This document shows positions 18,656 to 27,863 of a DNA stretch of 64,000 nucleotides, piece after piece. This stretch comes from Myxococcota bacterium. Its GTDB lineage: Bacteria; Myxococcota_A; Bradymonadia; UBA7976; UBA1532. The notes beneath the pieces are model-generated. The model searched no databases. It was given only the letters and a program-made list of their open reading frames with translations, and was not told where the DNA came from. Made by a program: the position numbers and the translations under genes. The stretch is taken from the NCBI GenBank assembly GCA_036337435.1, contig JAYZEG010000062.1:96001-160000 (forward strand), read 5' to 3'. Every line of letters begins with the position of its first letter. Position 1 is the first letter of the stretch.

Positions 18656-19903
18656 GTGGGCGAAAAAATAATCTCAAAAGAGTTTATCAAGGCATTGCCG
18701 AAAACCGACCTTCACGTCCACTTAGATGGGTCCATCAGGCCGGCGACGCTGATTTCGCTCGCCCGTGAGTACGGAGTGGAGCTTCCAAGTTATACGGAGC
18801 AGGGTTTACGGGAGACCGTTTTTAAAGACCGCTATGAGAATCTGGGTGAGTACCTTTCTGGTTTCGGTTACACCGTGGCTGTCCTCCAGAGCGAATTGGC
18901 ACTTGAGCGTGTGGCCTACGAATTAGCGGTCGATAATCAGGAAGAAGGCGTTCGCTATCTGGAGGTCCGATTTGCACCACAGCTCCATGTCCATTCACAC
19001 CTTCATGCATTGATGGTCTTAAAAGCTGTCAATCGAGGGCTTGAGAGAGCGCAAGCCGAGTTTAACTCAAGTGCGGCCGTTATCGAAAATGGAGAACCGC
19101 CGTTTCATTATGGCATTATTGTCTGTGCCATGCGCATGTTCAGACGGAATTTCAGCGAGTATTTCAAGTCGCTTATCAACGCCCATCGGCATGCACCGCA
19201 GAAAGAAATTTACAGCATGGCATCTCTGGAATTGGCGCGAGCGGCTGTGATTGCCCGAGATGTACACGGATTGCCGGTGGTGGGTTTTGATCTCGCCGGT
19301 GAAGAGGCAGGCTATCCTGCGGGTGACCATGCTGCTGCGTTTGAATACGCACATAAACATTTTATGAAGAAAACGGTGCATGCTGGTGAGGCATATGGGC
19401 CTGAAAGTATTTTCCAAGCGATTACCGACCTCTATGCAGATCGAATAGGGCACGGTACTTACTTACTCCAGTCGGACATGATCACAGATCCGGAAATTGA
19501 AGATAGGCAGCATTATGTCAGGCAGCTCAGCCAGTACATTGCTGATCGACGAATTACCTTAGAAGTCTGTTTGACAAGTAATTTACAGACCAATCCGAAT
19601 ATGAAGTCTCTGGCAGAGCATACCTTTCGTAATCTTCGAGAAGCGCGATTGTCCACGACCATATGCACCGATAATCGAACGGTCAGTAACACGACCGTCA
19701 CGAATGAGATTATGCTCGCCGTAAAGCATCTCAACCTTGATTTCTACGACTTGAAGTCAATTATCATTTACGGTTTTAAGCGCAGCTTCATGCCCATTTC
19801 ATATCTCGACAAACGGGCTTATGTCAGAAAAATAATCGATTTTTATGAGTCCGTTGAACGCCAATTCTTCCACACCGACAAAGACGACTCCAAGCGAGCG
19901 TAG
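18656..19903 (+). CDS. add: Adenosine deaminase
   Basis: LPKTDLHVHLDGS, GFDLAGEE, TVHAGEA, RIGHG, EVCLTSN, TDN. GTG start at 18656 after AAGGAG (track start 18614). Confidence 0.92.
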   Translation: MGEKIISKEFIKALPKTDLHVHLDGSIRPATLISLAREYGVELPSYTEQGLRETVFKDRYENLGEYLSGFGYTVAVLQSELALERVAYELAVDNQEEGVRYLEVRFAPQLHVHSHLHALMVLKAVNRGLERAQAEFNSSAAVIENGEPPFHYGIIVCAMRMFRRNFSEYFKSLINAHRHAPQKEIYSMASLELARAAVIARDVHGLPVVGFDLAGEEAGYPAGDHAAAFEYAHKHFMKKTVHAGEAYGPESIFQAITDLYADRIGHGTYLLQSDMITDPEIEDRQHYVRQLSQYIADRRITLEVCLTSNLQTNPNMKSLAEHTFRNLREARLSTTICTDNRTVSNTTVTNEIMLAVKHLNLDFYDLKSIIIYGFKRSFMPISYLDKRAYVRKIIDFYESVERQFFHTDKDDSKRA

Positions 19904-19904
19904 C

Positions 19905-21161
19905 GTGATTCGCCGCCTCTGTATCGGGTTGTGCGTCTGGACATCTTTTGCATGTTCACCCGCCCCGACTGTCCGAGCAGGTGATGGGGGTGATCGGCAG
20001 CAGGTGTATTTCTCTGATGCGGGTTCCGCTCGCTTGGGCATCGAAGTGTATCGCGATGCAACGGCGGAGCTGCCGGATGTGATTTCACTCTCGGAGACCG
20101 GCGCGTGTCGAACTGGGCGCACCGCGGGTACGGTTTGCGCACCGAACGGCCGCTATATTGCCGGTGCGCGGGTCAGTGCCGAGACCAGAACCTGTCGAGG
20201 TGAACCCCGAGTTGTCGAGACAACAGCCGACGTGAGGGGCTACTTCGTTTTAGCCGATCTCGCCCCCGGTCCCGTCAATATCACCATTACCAGCGGCAAT
20301 TTTGTTGGGCGATTCTCAGTGGATATCGTTGCGGGTCGAGAAGTGCCTGTGTCCAATGAGGGGTCGGCAAAGGTTTGCCTGCCGCCGGATAATGCTCGAC
20401 TCGCTGTTCTCACGGGTGACTACGACGATATCGGTGCTGTCATCGATGATTTAGGTTTTGACCATGATGTTATCTGTGGCAGTTGGAGCAACGCCCGACC
20501 CGCACTCGGCTTTTTAGCAGATTTGGAGAGACTGACCCAATACGCGATTCTATTCATCAATTGTGCGAGTGGCGTCAACTTTCGAGCCACCAATCCTGAA
20601 ATGGAGACCATCTCGGACAATATCCGAGAATATGTCCGGCGGGGCGGCTCTCTTTATGTGTCGGACCTCGCTGTTGACTGGGTACAGCGTTTATGGCCTG
20701 ACAAGATCCAATTCTTAACAAGCAATCCTCAGGACCGTGAGATCGACCCATGTTGTGTCTGTACAACCGATTGCGACCTAAGTTGCTATGTTGAGCCCCC
20801 TGACGAACCGACGTACAGCTGCTCTCTTCCCAATGATTTGCCGCAAGTCTGTCGGGAACCATCGGGGCCCACCGGTTTTGGTCAGTTGGGTGAATTAACC
20901 GGTGATATTGTATCGCCATTTTTGAGGCAGTTTGTGTCCGATGGCCAAATTCCAGTGGCGTTCGACGCGGGGGGGTGGGTTGAGATTGATTCTGTGGCAG
21001 CCGACGTTGAAGTGTTGGTCAGAACGGAGGCCCGTCCGCTGATGGTCCTGTTTGAACCGTATCCTGGTGGTGGTCGGGTCGCTTACACGAGTTTTCACAA
21101 TCATGGTCAGGCCACGGAAGCGATGCTTGAGATCCTTCGCGCCTTAATTTTTAGGCTCTAA
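19905..21161 (+). CDS. Lipoprotein with a carboxypeptidase-regulatory-like beta domain and a myxobacterial-type C-terminal domain
   Basis: GTG start just after the add stop; lipobox SFAC; TTADVRGYFVLADLAPG; AVLTGDYD, FINC, GGSLYVSD and GRVAYTSFH motifs. Confidence 0.7.
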   Translation: MIRRLCIGLCVWTSFACSPAPTVRAGDGGDRQQVYFSDAGSARLGIEVYRDATAELPDVISLSETGACRTGRTAGTVCAPNGRYIAGARVSAETRTCRGEPRVVETTADVRGYFVLADLAPGPVNITITSGNFVGRFSVDIVAGREVPVSNEGSAKVCLPPDNARLAVLTGDYDDIGAVIDDLGFDHDVICGSWSNARPALGFLADLERLTQYAILFINCASGVNFRATNPEMETISDNIREYVRRGGSLYVSDLAVDWVQRLWPDKIQFLTSNPQDREIDPCCVCTTDCDLSCYVEPPDEPTYSCSLPNDLPQVCREPSGPTGFGQLGELTGDIVSPFLRQFVSDGQIPVAFDAGGWVEIDSVAADVEVLVRTEARPLMVLFEPYPGGGRVAYTSFHNHGQATEAMLEILRALIFRL

Positions 21162-21177
21162 TAGGATTTGTCCCGTT

Positions 21178-22752
21178 ATGCAAGAGCGCACAAACCTACT
21201 CCTTCCAAATGCGACAAGATGGTCGAGCACAGACCCCATCATCGAGCTAAGAAATGTGTCGAAAGTATACGATAACGTCGCTGTCATCGATGGTTTGTCT
21301 CTGGCCATAGAGCCCGGTAAGACGACTGTGATCTCCGGACAATCGGGGAGTGGGAAAAGTGTTCTGTTAAGGATGATGAATGGCCTAACTCTTCCCGATG
21401 AAGGGGACGTTTTTCTTTTCGGACAAGAGCTCAGGACAGCCACTGAGCAGGTGCGTACCGAGTTGCGAAAGCGGTGCACAATGGTCTTTCAGAATTACGC
21501 ATTAATCGATTCGATGACGGTGGCACAGAATATCGGATTCCCCCTCGCCGAAAACACAAAAATGTCAAAAAAAGACATTCGAGAACTTGTCCATTCTTTG
21601 CTGGAAATGCTCGAATTAAGTCATGCAATTGACCTCTTGCCGGCAAGTTTATCTGGTGGCATGAAAAAACGTGTGGCTCTTGCGAGAGCCGTGATTACCA
21701 ATCCTGAGGTCGTTCTCTTCGATGAACCAACGACGGGCCTCGACCCTGTAATGATCGAGTTTGTTGATCAACTGATTTTAAGAACCCAGCAGGAATATGG
21801 AATCACGTCCGTCATTATATCTCATGACATGGCGTCGAATCGTCGTCTGGCCGACCGAATGGCGATGCTTTCTGACGGTCAGATTATCGCATCGGGCACC
21901 TTCGACGACATCATGTCCAGTTCGATTCCAGCTGTGCGCGAATTCATGCAAGATGTCTCTGAAACACGCTCGATTCATGCTGACGAAGCAGAACAAATCG
22001 ACGGTAACACCGAGGATGACGATTTTGTGGTTGAGGTCGAAGAGTTGCATAAGTCATTCGGTGAAAATCATGTACTCAAAGGGATTTCGTGTCGAATCCC
22101 CAAACGCAAAATCACTGTCGTTATAGGGGGGTCTGGCTCAGGTAAATCGGTTCTGATTAAACATATGATCGGCCTTTTCGAACCGACATCTGGTCGCGTG
22201 CGGGTGTTTGGCCAAGATTTGTCTGAGTTGACCAGTCGGGACATGCAGGGTGTCCAAGCGAAGATTGGCATGCTCTTTCAGGGCGCGGCTTTGTTCGACT
22301 CCATGAGTGTCCAGGAAAACATCGCATTTCCCCTCGTCGAAGAGCGGCGAAAAACCAAAAAAGAGATTCAAAAGTTGGTGCATGAAGTTGCCGGGCGACT
22401 GTCCGTTGATTCCATCCTGGACCAAATGCCGAGCGAAATTAGCAATGGTCAGAAAAAGCGAGTTGCCCTTGCTAGGGCACTCATCACTGAACCAGAAATC
22501 ATGATTTATGATGAACCAACGACCGGCCAAGACCCAATCATGATGAAGCGAGTTGACGATATGATTGTCGAAGCTGCGGAGAAATTTGATATCACGAGTA
22601 TTGTGATCAGTCATGATATGAAATCGACGTTTCGCATCGCTGACCAGGTTATTATGATTAAAAATGGTGACCTTGTGATTGCCGATTCACCCCAGGCCTT
22701 ACGGATATCGACAGACAGTCGTGTAAAAGAGTTTATCTTTGCTGGATCCTAA
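21178..22752 (+). CDS. ABC ATPase with two tandem MlaF/Mkl-like nucleotide-binding domains
   Basis: Two Walker A motifs (GQSGSGKS, GGSGSGKS), signatures LSGGMKKRV and ISNGQKKRV, two DEPT Walker B motifs and two ISHD motifs. MLFQGAALFDSM is typical of MlaF. Confidence 0.9.
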   Translation: MQERTNLLLPNATRWSSTDPIIELRNVSKVYDNVAVIDGLSLAIEPGKTTVISGQSGSGKSVLLRMMNGLTLPDEGDVFLFGQELRTATEQVRTELRKRCTMVFQNYALIDSMTVAQNIGFPLAENTKMSKKDIRELVHSLLEMLELSHAIDLLPASLSGGMKKRVALARAVITNPEVVLFDEPTTGLDPVMIEFVDQLILRTQQEYGITSVIISHDMASNRRLADRMAMLSDGQIIASGTFDDIMSSSIPAVREFMQDVSETRSIHADEAEQIDGNTEDDDFVVEVEELHKSFGENHVLKGISCRIPKRKITVVIGGSGSGKSVLIKHMIGLFEPTSGRVRVFGQDLSELTSRDMQGVQAKIGMLFQGAALFDSMSVQENIAFPLVEERRKTKKEIQKLVHEVAGRLSVDSILDQMPSEISNGQKKRVALARALITEPEIMIYDEPTTGQDPIMMKRVDDMIVEAAEKFDITSIVISHDMKSTFRIADQVIMIKNGDLVIADSPQALRISTDSRVKEFIFAGS

Positions 22753-22762
22753 TTCGGCCAGT

Positions 22763-23404
22763 CTAAGGCTGTTTTTCTTCGGTACGCTCTGAACTCGCGT
22801 CATCTTCAAAGGTCAGGGCCACGGAATTTACACAATGTCTCAACCCCGTGGGTCTCGGACCATCTCGAAAAACATGGCCTAAATGACCATTGCATCGTGC
22901 GCAGACAATTTCCATGCGGAGCCTGCCGTGACTTCGGTCAGGAACCCGCTTCACTCGATGTTTCAAACTTCGATAAAAACTGGGCCAACCTGTGCCAGAC
23001 TTAAATTTTGTTTTTGATGAAAATAAGGGGGCACCACAACCAGCGCAACGGTAGGTTCCCGTACGAGTGTTATGCAGCAGGGCACCGCTATGTGCACGCT
23101 CGGTTCCTTGTTGGCGTAAAATGTAGAATTGTTTTTCTGACAATCTACTTTTCCATTCTGCTTCGCTCAAAATGAAAGGTTCGTAAGAATCGGGGTCTAC
23201 CTGACCCTGTTTAGTGCTCTGCTTTCCATCGCGTGCTTCTGATTGTTCTTTGGGAGCGGATGCTGGCTTCGATGTGGGTTGTGACGTCGAGTGTGACGCC
23301 CCGTTGTCTGGCTCGGTCGCTGCGGCATCTTGTGCATTTGCCCGATCGAATGGCATGAGCAGCGCAGAGATGAGCCATGCTGTCTGATGGAATCGTTGGA
23401 CCAT
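22763..23404 (-). CDS. msrB: Peptide-methionine (R)-S-oxide reductase with an N-terminal export signal and linker
   Basis: GTERAHSG, CAGC, KFKSGTGWPSF, CARCNGHLGHVF, GLRHCVNS. Confidence 0.95.
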   Translation of the reverse strand: MVQRFHQTAWLISALLMPFDRANAQDAAATEPDNGASHSTSQPTSKPASAPKEQSEARDGKQSTKQGQVDPDSYEPFILSEAEWKSRLSEKQFYILRQQGTERAHSGALLHNTRTGTYRCAGCGAPLFSSKTKFKSGTGWPSFYRSLKHRVKRVPDRSHGRLRMEIVCARCNGHLGHVFRDGPRPTGLRHCVNSVALTFEDDASSERTEEKQP

Positions 23405-23456
23405 GTCAAAGCCTCCTTTAGACGGTCTCCCCCTTAAATAAACCGAGCGTCTAATC

Positions 23457-24656
23457 TCAGAATTTCTCCAAGATCTCTTTTACGACGATGACGACCATGA
23501 GAATCATCAATAAAAGCATGCCAATGCCATGGATTACACTCTCGACCAATGGCGGAACAGCCTTTCGGGAAACAGCCTCAATACCGACGAATAAAAGACG
23601 ACCGCCATCCAAGGCGGGTAATGGAAAGAGATTAATCACGCCTAGGTTGATGCTGAGTATGGCCATAAAACTGATAAACCATTCCAGGCCCATTTTAAGC
23701 GTATCGGCACCCGTGTCTGCCATCTTTACGACACTTGCGAGCTGAACGGCTTCGGTTCCTTCAAACCATCGCCCCACGATTCTCATCATTCCACGCACAA
23801 CAGCCCAGGTCTCTACGCATCCAAGTCGGATGGCATCGGTCCATGATTGTGCGCCGAATCTGACCACATCCGGCGAGATACCGAGGACGTAACCCTTGGG
23901 GGTCTTCTCTGCCTTCATCTCGATGACGTGACTTGGCCACTCATTGGGAATTTTGGGAAAGGATAAGGCGACGCCCGTTTTATCATCGACCTTCGTTTGC
24001 ATAGGCGGCGGCGTGCCGTCGGGAGATCGCCTGATGGTGACTCTCAAGGTCTGGCCTGCTGTTTTTCCGACAACTTTCTTGAGCTCTGAGAAACTTCGGA
24101 CTGGATAGCCGTTGATGGACTCGATTGAATCGTATGGTTTGAGTCCTGCAGCCAAAGCTGCACCGCTCACATCTCGGATGACCTGCGTGCCTTCATGCCG
24201 CCAGTCATAGGTCACCGCTGTCGATGACCCAAACAAGAAACTATAGGTTACGATGGCCAGCAGAAAGTTCGCCATGGGACCGGCTATCATCACAATCGCA
24301 CGCTGCCAGGGTGGGTATTCCCGAAGAGCATGGGTGCTGCTGTCGGATATATGTCCGTCGCGCCGCCTGTGGCTTGTGCGCGTGAGACCCTCTAATTGTA
24401 CGTAGCCACCAAACGGGATAAGCGCGAATTGAAAAGTGGTCTCTCTGCCGTGAATCCGGATCAATGCGGGCCCAAAACCAATGGAAAAGCGAGTCGCTTT
24501 CATTCCGAAAAAACGGGCTGCAAGAAAATGCCCTAACTCATGGACGAGGATGAGTATATTGAATCCGATGATAAAGAGAATTAACGACACACCGTAAACC
24601 AATTGAAACGAAAGGGCTGATTGGTCGAGGATAACGCGGACGGTCGAGTACGTCAT
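23457..24656 (-). CDS. rseP: RIP metalloprotease (M50 family) with PDZ domain
   Basis: HELGH, FSIGFGP, IPFGGYV, AGPMAN, NLFPLPALDGG. Confidence 0.93.
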   Translation of the reverse strand: MTYSTVRVILDQSALSFQLVYGVSLILFIIGFNILILVHELGHFLAARFFGMKATRFSIGFGPALIRIHGRETTFQFALIPFGGYVQLEGLTRTSHRRRDGHISDSSTHALREYPPWQRAIVMIAGPMANFLLAIVTYSFLFGSSTAVTYDWRHEGTQVIRDVSGAALAAGLKPYDSIESINGYPVRSFSELKKVVGKTAGQTLRVTIRRSPDGTPPPMQTKVDDKTGVALSFPKIPNEWPSHVIEMKAEKTPKGYVLGISPDVVRFGAQSWTDAIRLGCVETWAVVRGMMRIVGRWFEGTEAVQLASVVKMADTGADTLKMGLEWFISFMAILSINLGVINLFPLPALDGGRLLFVGIEAVSRKAVPPLVESVIHGIGMLLLMILMVVIVVKEILEKF

Positions 24657-24705
24657 GGTAATTTGTCGTTAAAAGAAACCGAACAGGAGATCGCATCTGG
24701 TTACT

Positions 24706-25905
24706 TTGTCACCTATTTTGATGTTGGTTGCTTTGAATCTCGGCGGCGCGGGCGTCGAACTCGGCGGTGGCCTCTTGAATGAACGGATGGTCTTGTCGGC
24801 TCAACCATGGGTCTCCATCCGCTATTCAGTGGCAGAGATATCTATTGGACCAAAGCTAAACTTTGATCTTCGGGATGGCCAACTGCGTCAGCAAGATTGG
24901 GATGAACCAGGAGATTATGGACTCATCGTTCACAAGTTCAGTTGGGGCAAATGGCTGCGTGGAGGTGCCATTGCACACAAGAGCTTTGGCAATGGCACCC
25001 TGGTCAACCGATACCATAACCGAGTCGACAGAGATCACGGTCGATTGGGTCTCGAACTCAAAATCCTCACTGAAAAACAACGCTTTTGGCGGCCCAATCG
25101 CTATGAACTAATGGTCGACCAAGTTCTGGATAGTCCTGTAATGGCTGGTGGTTTTGGTTGGTGGTCAAAAAATGGAGAGCTCAACGTGCTCTATGCAGCC
25201 GACCATGCTGCGCCTACGCAGATTGAACCGGCTGTACAAGCCGATGGGTGGCTCAAACATTCACCTCGCTCGCGCTGGGCATTGGGTCTATCCAGCCGGT
25301 GGCAATTAATCCCCCGCGGTGGGCAAATGGAACTGGCCTTCATCGGGGATATCAACACGATACGAACCAGGGGCTGGGGGATTCACTCCGGTCTTGAAAT
25401 TGCGTTCCAAGATCGGGATGACTGGCGTGTTCAGCTGCGGGTTCTTGGAATGCGTTCTGGACGCGATTACACATGGAGTCTTTTTGACACGAGCTATTTG
25501 ATCGACCGATGGCGCGGTATTGAATCCGAACTAGAAAACGCTGACGCCGTATGGGGGCTTCAAGGGCTCTTTCAATTGACCGTGCAAAAAGCTCTGATCA
25601 TCGGTTTTGAATATACGGATGTCGAGCAGTCCGATAGAACGGATTTTGGAGCCTGGATGAGGATCCCTCTGGACCGGTTTACTCTGGGTGCATTTTGGAA
25701 GGTGAGGCGAGTCAATGGGTTTCTTGAAACGTTCGACTGGGATAAGTTGCTCGCTGCGCTATCAGGACGATATCGGGTCAACCATTGGTTTACAGTCACT
25801 GGTGTGTTGAGTCGAGATTGGTTCGTTGATCGAGATAATGCGACTTATGCACCGAGAACAACCGCTTTAATCATGGCTGGTTTTGACTGGATTAACCCCC
25901 GCTAG
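24706..25905 (+). CDS. Hypothetical protein, probable outer-membrane beta-barrel
   Basis: Signal-like N-terminus, alternating amphipathic Trp/Tyr/Gly-rich strands, terminal aromatic strand. Confidence 0.55.
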   Translation: MSPILMLVALNLGGAGVELGGGLLNERMVLSAQPWVSIRYSVAEISIGPKLNFDLRDGQLRQQDWDEPGDYGLIVHKFSWGKWLRGGAIAHKSFGNGTLVNRYHNRVDRDHGRLGLELKILTEKQRFWRPNRYELMVDQVLDSPVMAGGFGWWSKNGELNVLYAADHAAPTQIEPAVQADGWLKHSPRSRWALGLSSRWQLIPRGGQMELAFIGDINTIRTRGWGIHSGLEIAFQDRDDWRVQLRVLGMRSGRDYTWSLFDTSYLIDRWRGIESELENADAVWGLQGLFQLTVQKALIIGFEYTDVEQSDRTDFGAWMRIPLDRFTLGAFWKVRRVNGFLETFDWDKLLAALSGRYRVNHWFTVTGVLSRDWFVDRDNATYAPRTTALIMAGFDWINPR

Positions 25906-26626
25906 CAGCCAATAAAATACCGGCTGCGACCGAAACATTTAATGACTCCACGCCGCCAGGCCCCGCGATTTTAATCGTCCGATTGCACTCGTTTAAAACG
26001 GATTGGGAAATCCCCCGGTTTTCATTACCAAGAACAAAGCAAACGGGCTTTGGGAATGCTGCTTGAGTCAAGGTGTCTTTGGCTCGGTGGTCAGCGGCGA
26101 TGACGTCGAAACCCAGCTCACGAAGTTCGCGGAGGCCGCCAGAAAGCGTTGAGCATCTGATGATAGGAATGTGCTCTGCCCCGCCTTGTGAGACGCGCAG
26201 TGCCGCTGGATTAACGGCTGTTCTACTTTCGTCGGTTAAGTAGGCATCGGCACCGAACCAGGCCATGCTTCTTAAAATCGCACCCATATTATGGGGATTC
26301 GTGATCCCATCGGCAGCGATGATGCATTTGGCTTTCTTGAGCGTCTTTTTTGTTGTTCCAAAGGCTTTTGTCAGGAGCGGTTGAGCGATGGCGACAACGC
26401 CTTCGTGGTGGGGCGTACCCGCCACTCTTGTTAAGTCGTCTATCTCGACTTCTCGATAGGGTTTTCGGTTTTTTGCCGTGGCCTTCAATACCGGACCAAT
26501 TTCTTTCCGAATTTGTTTTAAATAGAGTACGCGGCGGAGATCCTGAGGGCGGTGCTTCGCGAGGGCGGTTACGGCTCGGAGCCCATAAATGACACTTTCC
26601 TTTTGGCTCACGACTTCATCTCCCAT
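25892..26626 (-). CDS. TrmH/SpoU family (RlmB-like) RNA 2'-O-methyltransferase
   Basis: IYGLRAV, HHEGVVA, PHNMGAILRS, VLGNENRGIS, VESLNVSVAAGI. Likely ATG start at 26626. Confidence 0.92.
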   Translation of the reverse strand: MGDEVVSQKESVIYGLRAVTALAKHRPQDLRRVLYLKQIRKEIGPVLKATAKNRKPYREVEIDDLTRVAGTPHHEGVVAIAQPLLTKAFGTTKKTLKKAKCIIAADGITNPHNMGAILRSMAWFGADAYLTDESRTAVNPAALRVSQGGAEHIPIIRCSTLSGGLRELRELGFDVIAADHRAKDTLTQAAFPKPVCFVLGNENRGISQSVLNECNRTIKIAGPGGVESLNVSVAAGILLAASGG

Positions 26627-26707
26627 TCGAATCTGGCCTACCAACCAAGTAGACAAGACTCTATCACAGAGTCAGAATGGAGGCCTGTTTGTACTGAATT
26701 GAAGCAC

Positions 26708-27391
26708 ATGGATACGTCTCAAGGCCAATTTGGACACGCGATCTCAACGGCGTTTGGCTTGTTGATTTTGTCGAGTTTTACTCTCTTAGCTGGTTCACAG
26801 CTCATCGCATTGGCTGAACTTCCAGGCAACTGGCCCAAATTATCCATCATGATGTGGACACCCACATGTCTCCTTTTAATCGCAATCGCCATTCGTCGAT
26901 TGAGTCCAGTGCAGGTGCGCTCGTGGGCCGCAACAAACGAGAGCATAAAGTTAGCAATCGCTGGGTTTTCTATCGGCGTTTTATCCGCGCCATTACTCGC
27001 CATTGTCACCAATGTAATCCGCCTCATGGTTCAAGGGGATGAAGTCAATCATCAAGTCGCTTTGGTGACGCTGAACAACCCAACCCCTTTCGAGTCAAGT
27101 CTGGTCGCGATGATGATCATTATTTTCATTCCGGTCGCCGAAGAGATTTTGTATCGAGGCGTCTTGTTTGATGCATTGCGTGCCCTGATCAGCGACCGGG
27201 CGGTGGTTGTTTTGACCGCGATCACCTTTGGAATTGCACATTTTGATGTCGCCAACTCCATCGGTACTGGCCTTCTTGGACTCGGGTTAGGCTGGCTGCG
27301 GTTAAAAAGTACGACCATTTGGCCTTGCATTTTACTGCACGCAGGCTTCAATCTAGTCGGCTATTCTGTCATCCTGCTCACGAGCAGCTAA
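26708..27391 (+). CDS. CPBP (Abi/CAAX) family intramembrane metalloprotease
   Basis: PVAEEILYRG, FGIAH, LHAGFN motifs; multiple TM helices; likely ATG start at 26708. Confidence 0.9.
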   Translation: MDTSQGQFGHAISTAFGLLILSSFTLLAGSQLIALAELPGNWPKLSIMMWTPTCLLLIAIAIRRLSPVQVRSWAATNESIKLAIAGFSIGVLSAPLLAIVTNVIRLMVQGDEVNHQVALVTLNNPTPFESSLVAMMIIIFIPVAEEILYRGVLFDALRALISDRAVVVLTAITFGIAHFDVANSIGTGLLGLGLGWLRLKSTTIWPCILLHAGFNLVGYSVILLTSS

Positions 27392-27509
27392 TTGGGGCTT
27401 TGGTTCAACTTGACGAAACCCGATCTGTGTTTAAATGCTCTTGGTGGTAGGTGGCAGACCCGTTCCTGTCAGTCTCATGGGTCAAATTTGAAGCGAGGAG
27501 AGGTGGAAG

Positions 27510-27863
27510 TTGAGTAATCAACGCGACGATGAACGGCGGTCCGACCGCCAAGGTCAAACAGAAACACTGACCCGTCGGCGTTTAAAACGGCCTCCGCTTT
27601 ATCGAGTTATCTTTCACAATGATGATTACACAACGCGGGATTTTGTGGTGATGGCGCTCATGCGGTATTTTCACAAAACACACGCTGAATCGACGACACT
27701 CATGCTGCAAATTCATACCCAAGGAAAAGGCATTGCTGGCCTCTATCCTTTGGATATTGCGCGTTCGAAGCAACTGCAGGTTGAATCCCTCGCCAGAGAC
27801 TACGAAATGCCACTCAAACTCACCATCGAGGCCGATGATGACGGTCAGGAGGAAGATGAGTAA
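27510..27863 (+). CDS. clpS: ATP-dependent Clp protease adaptor
   Basis: YRVIFHNDDYTTRDFV, MLQIHTQGKG, PLKLTIE; 1-nt overlap with clpA. Confidence 0.95.
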   Translation: MSNQRDDERRSDRQGQTETLTRRRLKRPPLYRVIFHNDDYTTRDFVVMALMRYFHKTHAESTTLMLQIHTQGKGIAGLYPLDIARSKQLQVESLARDYEMPLKLTIEADDDGQEEDE

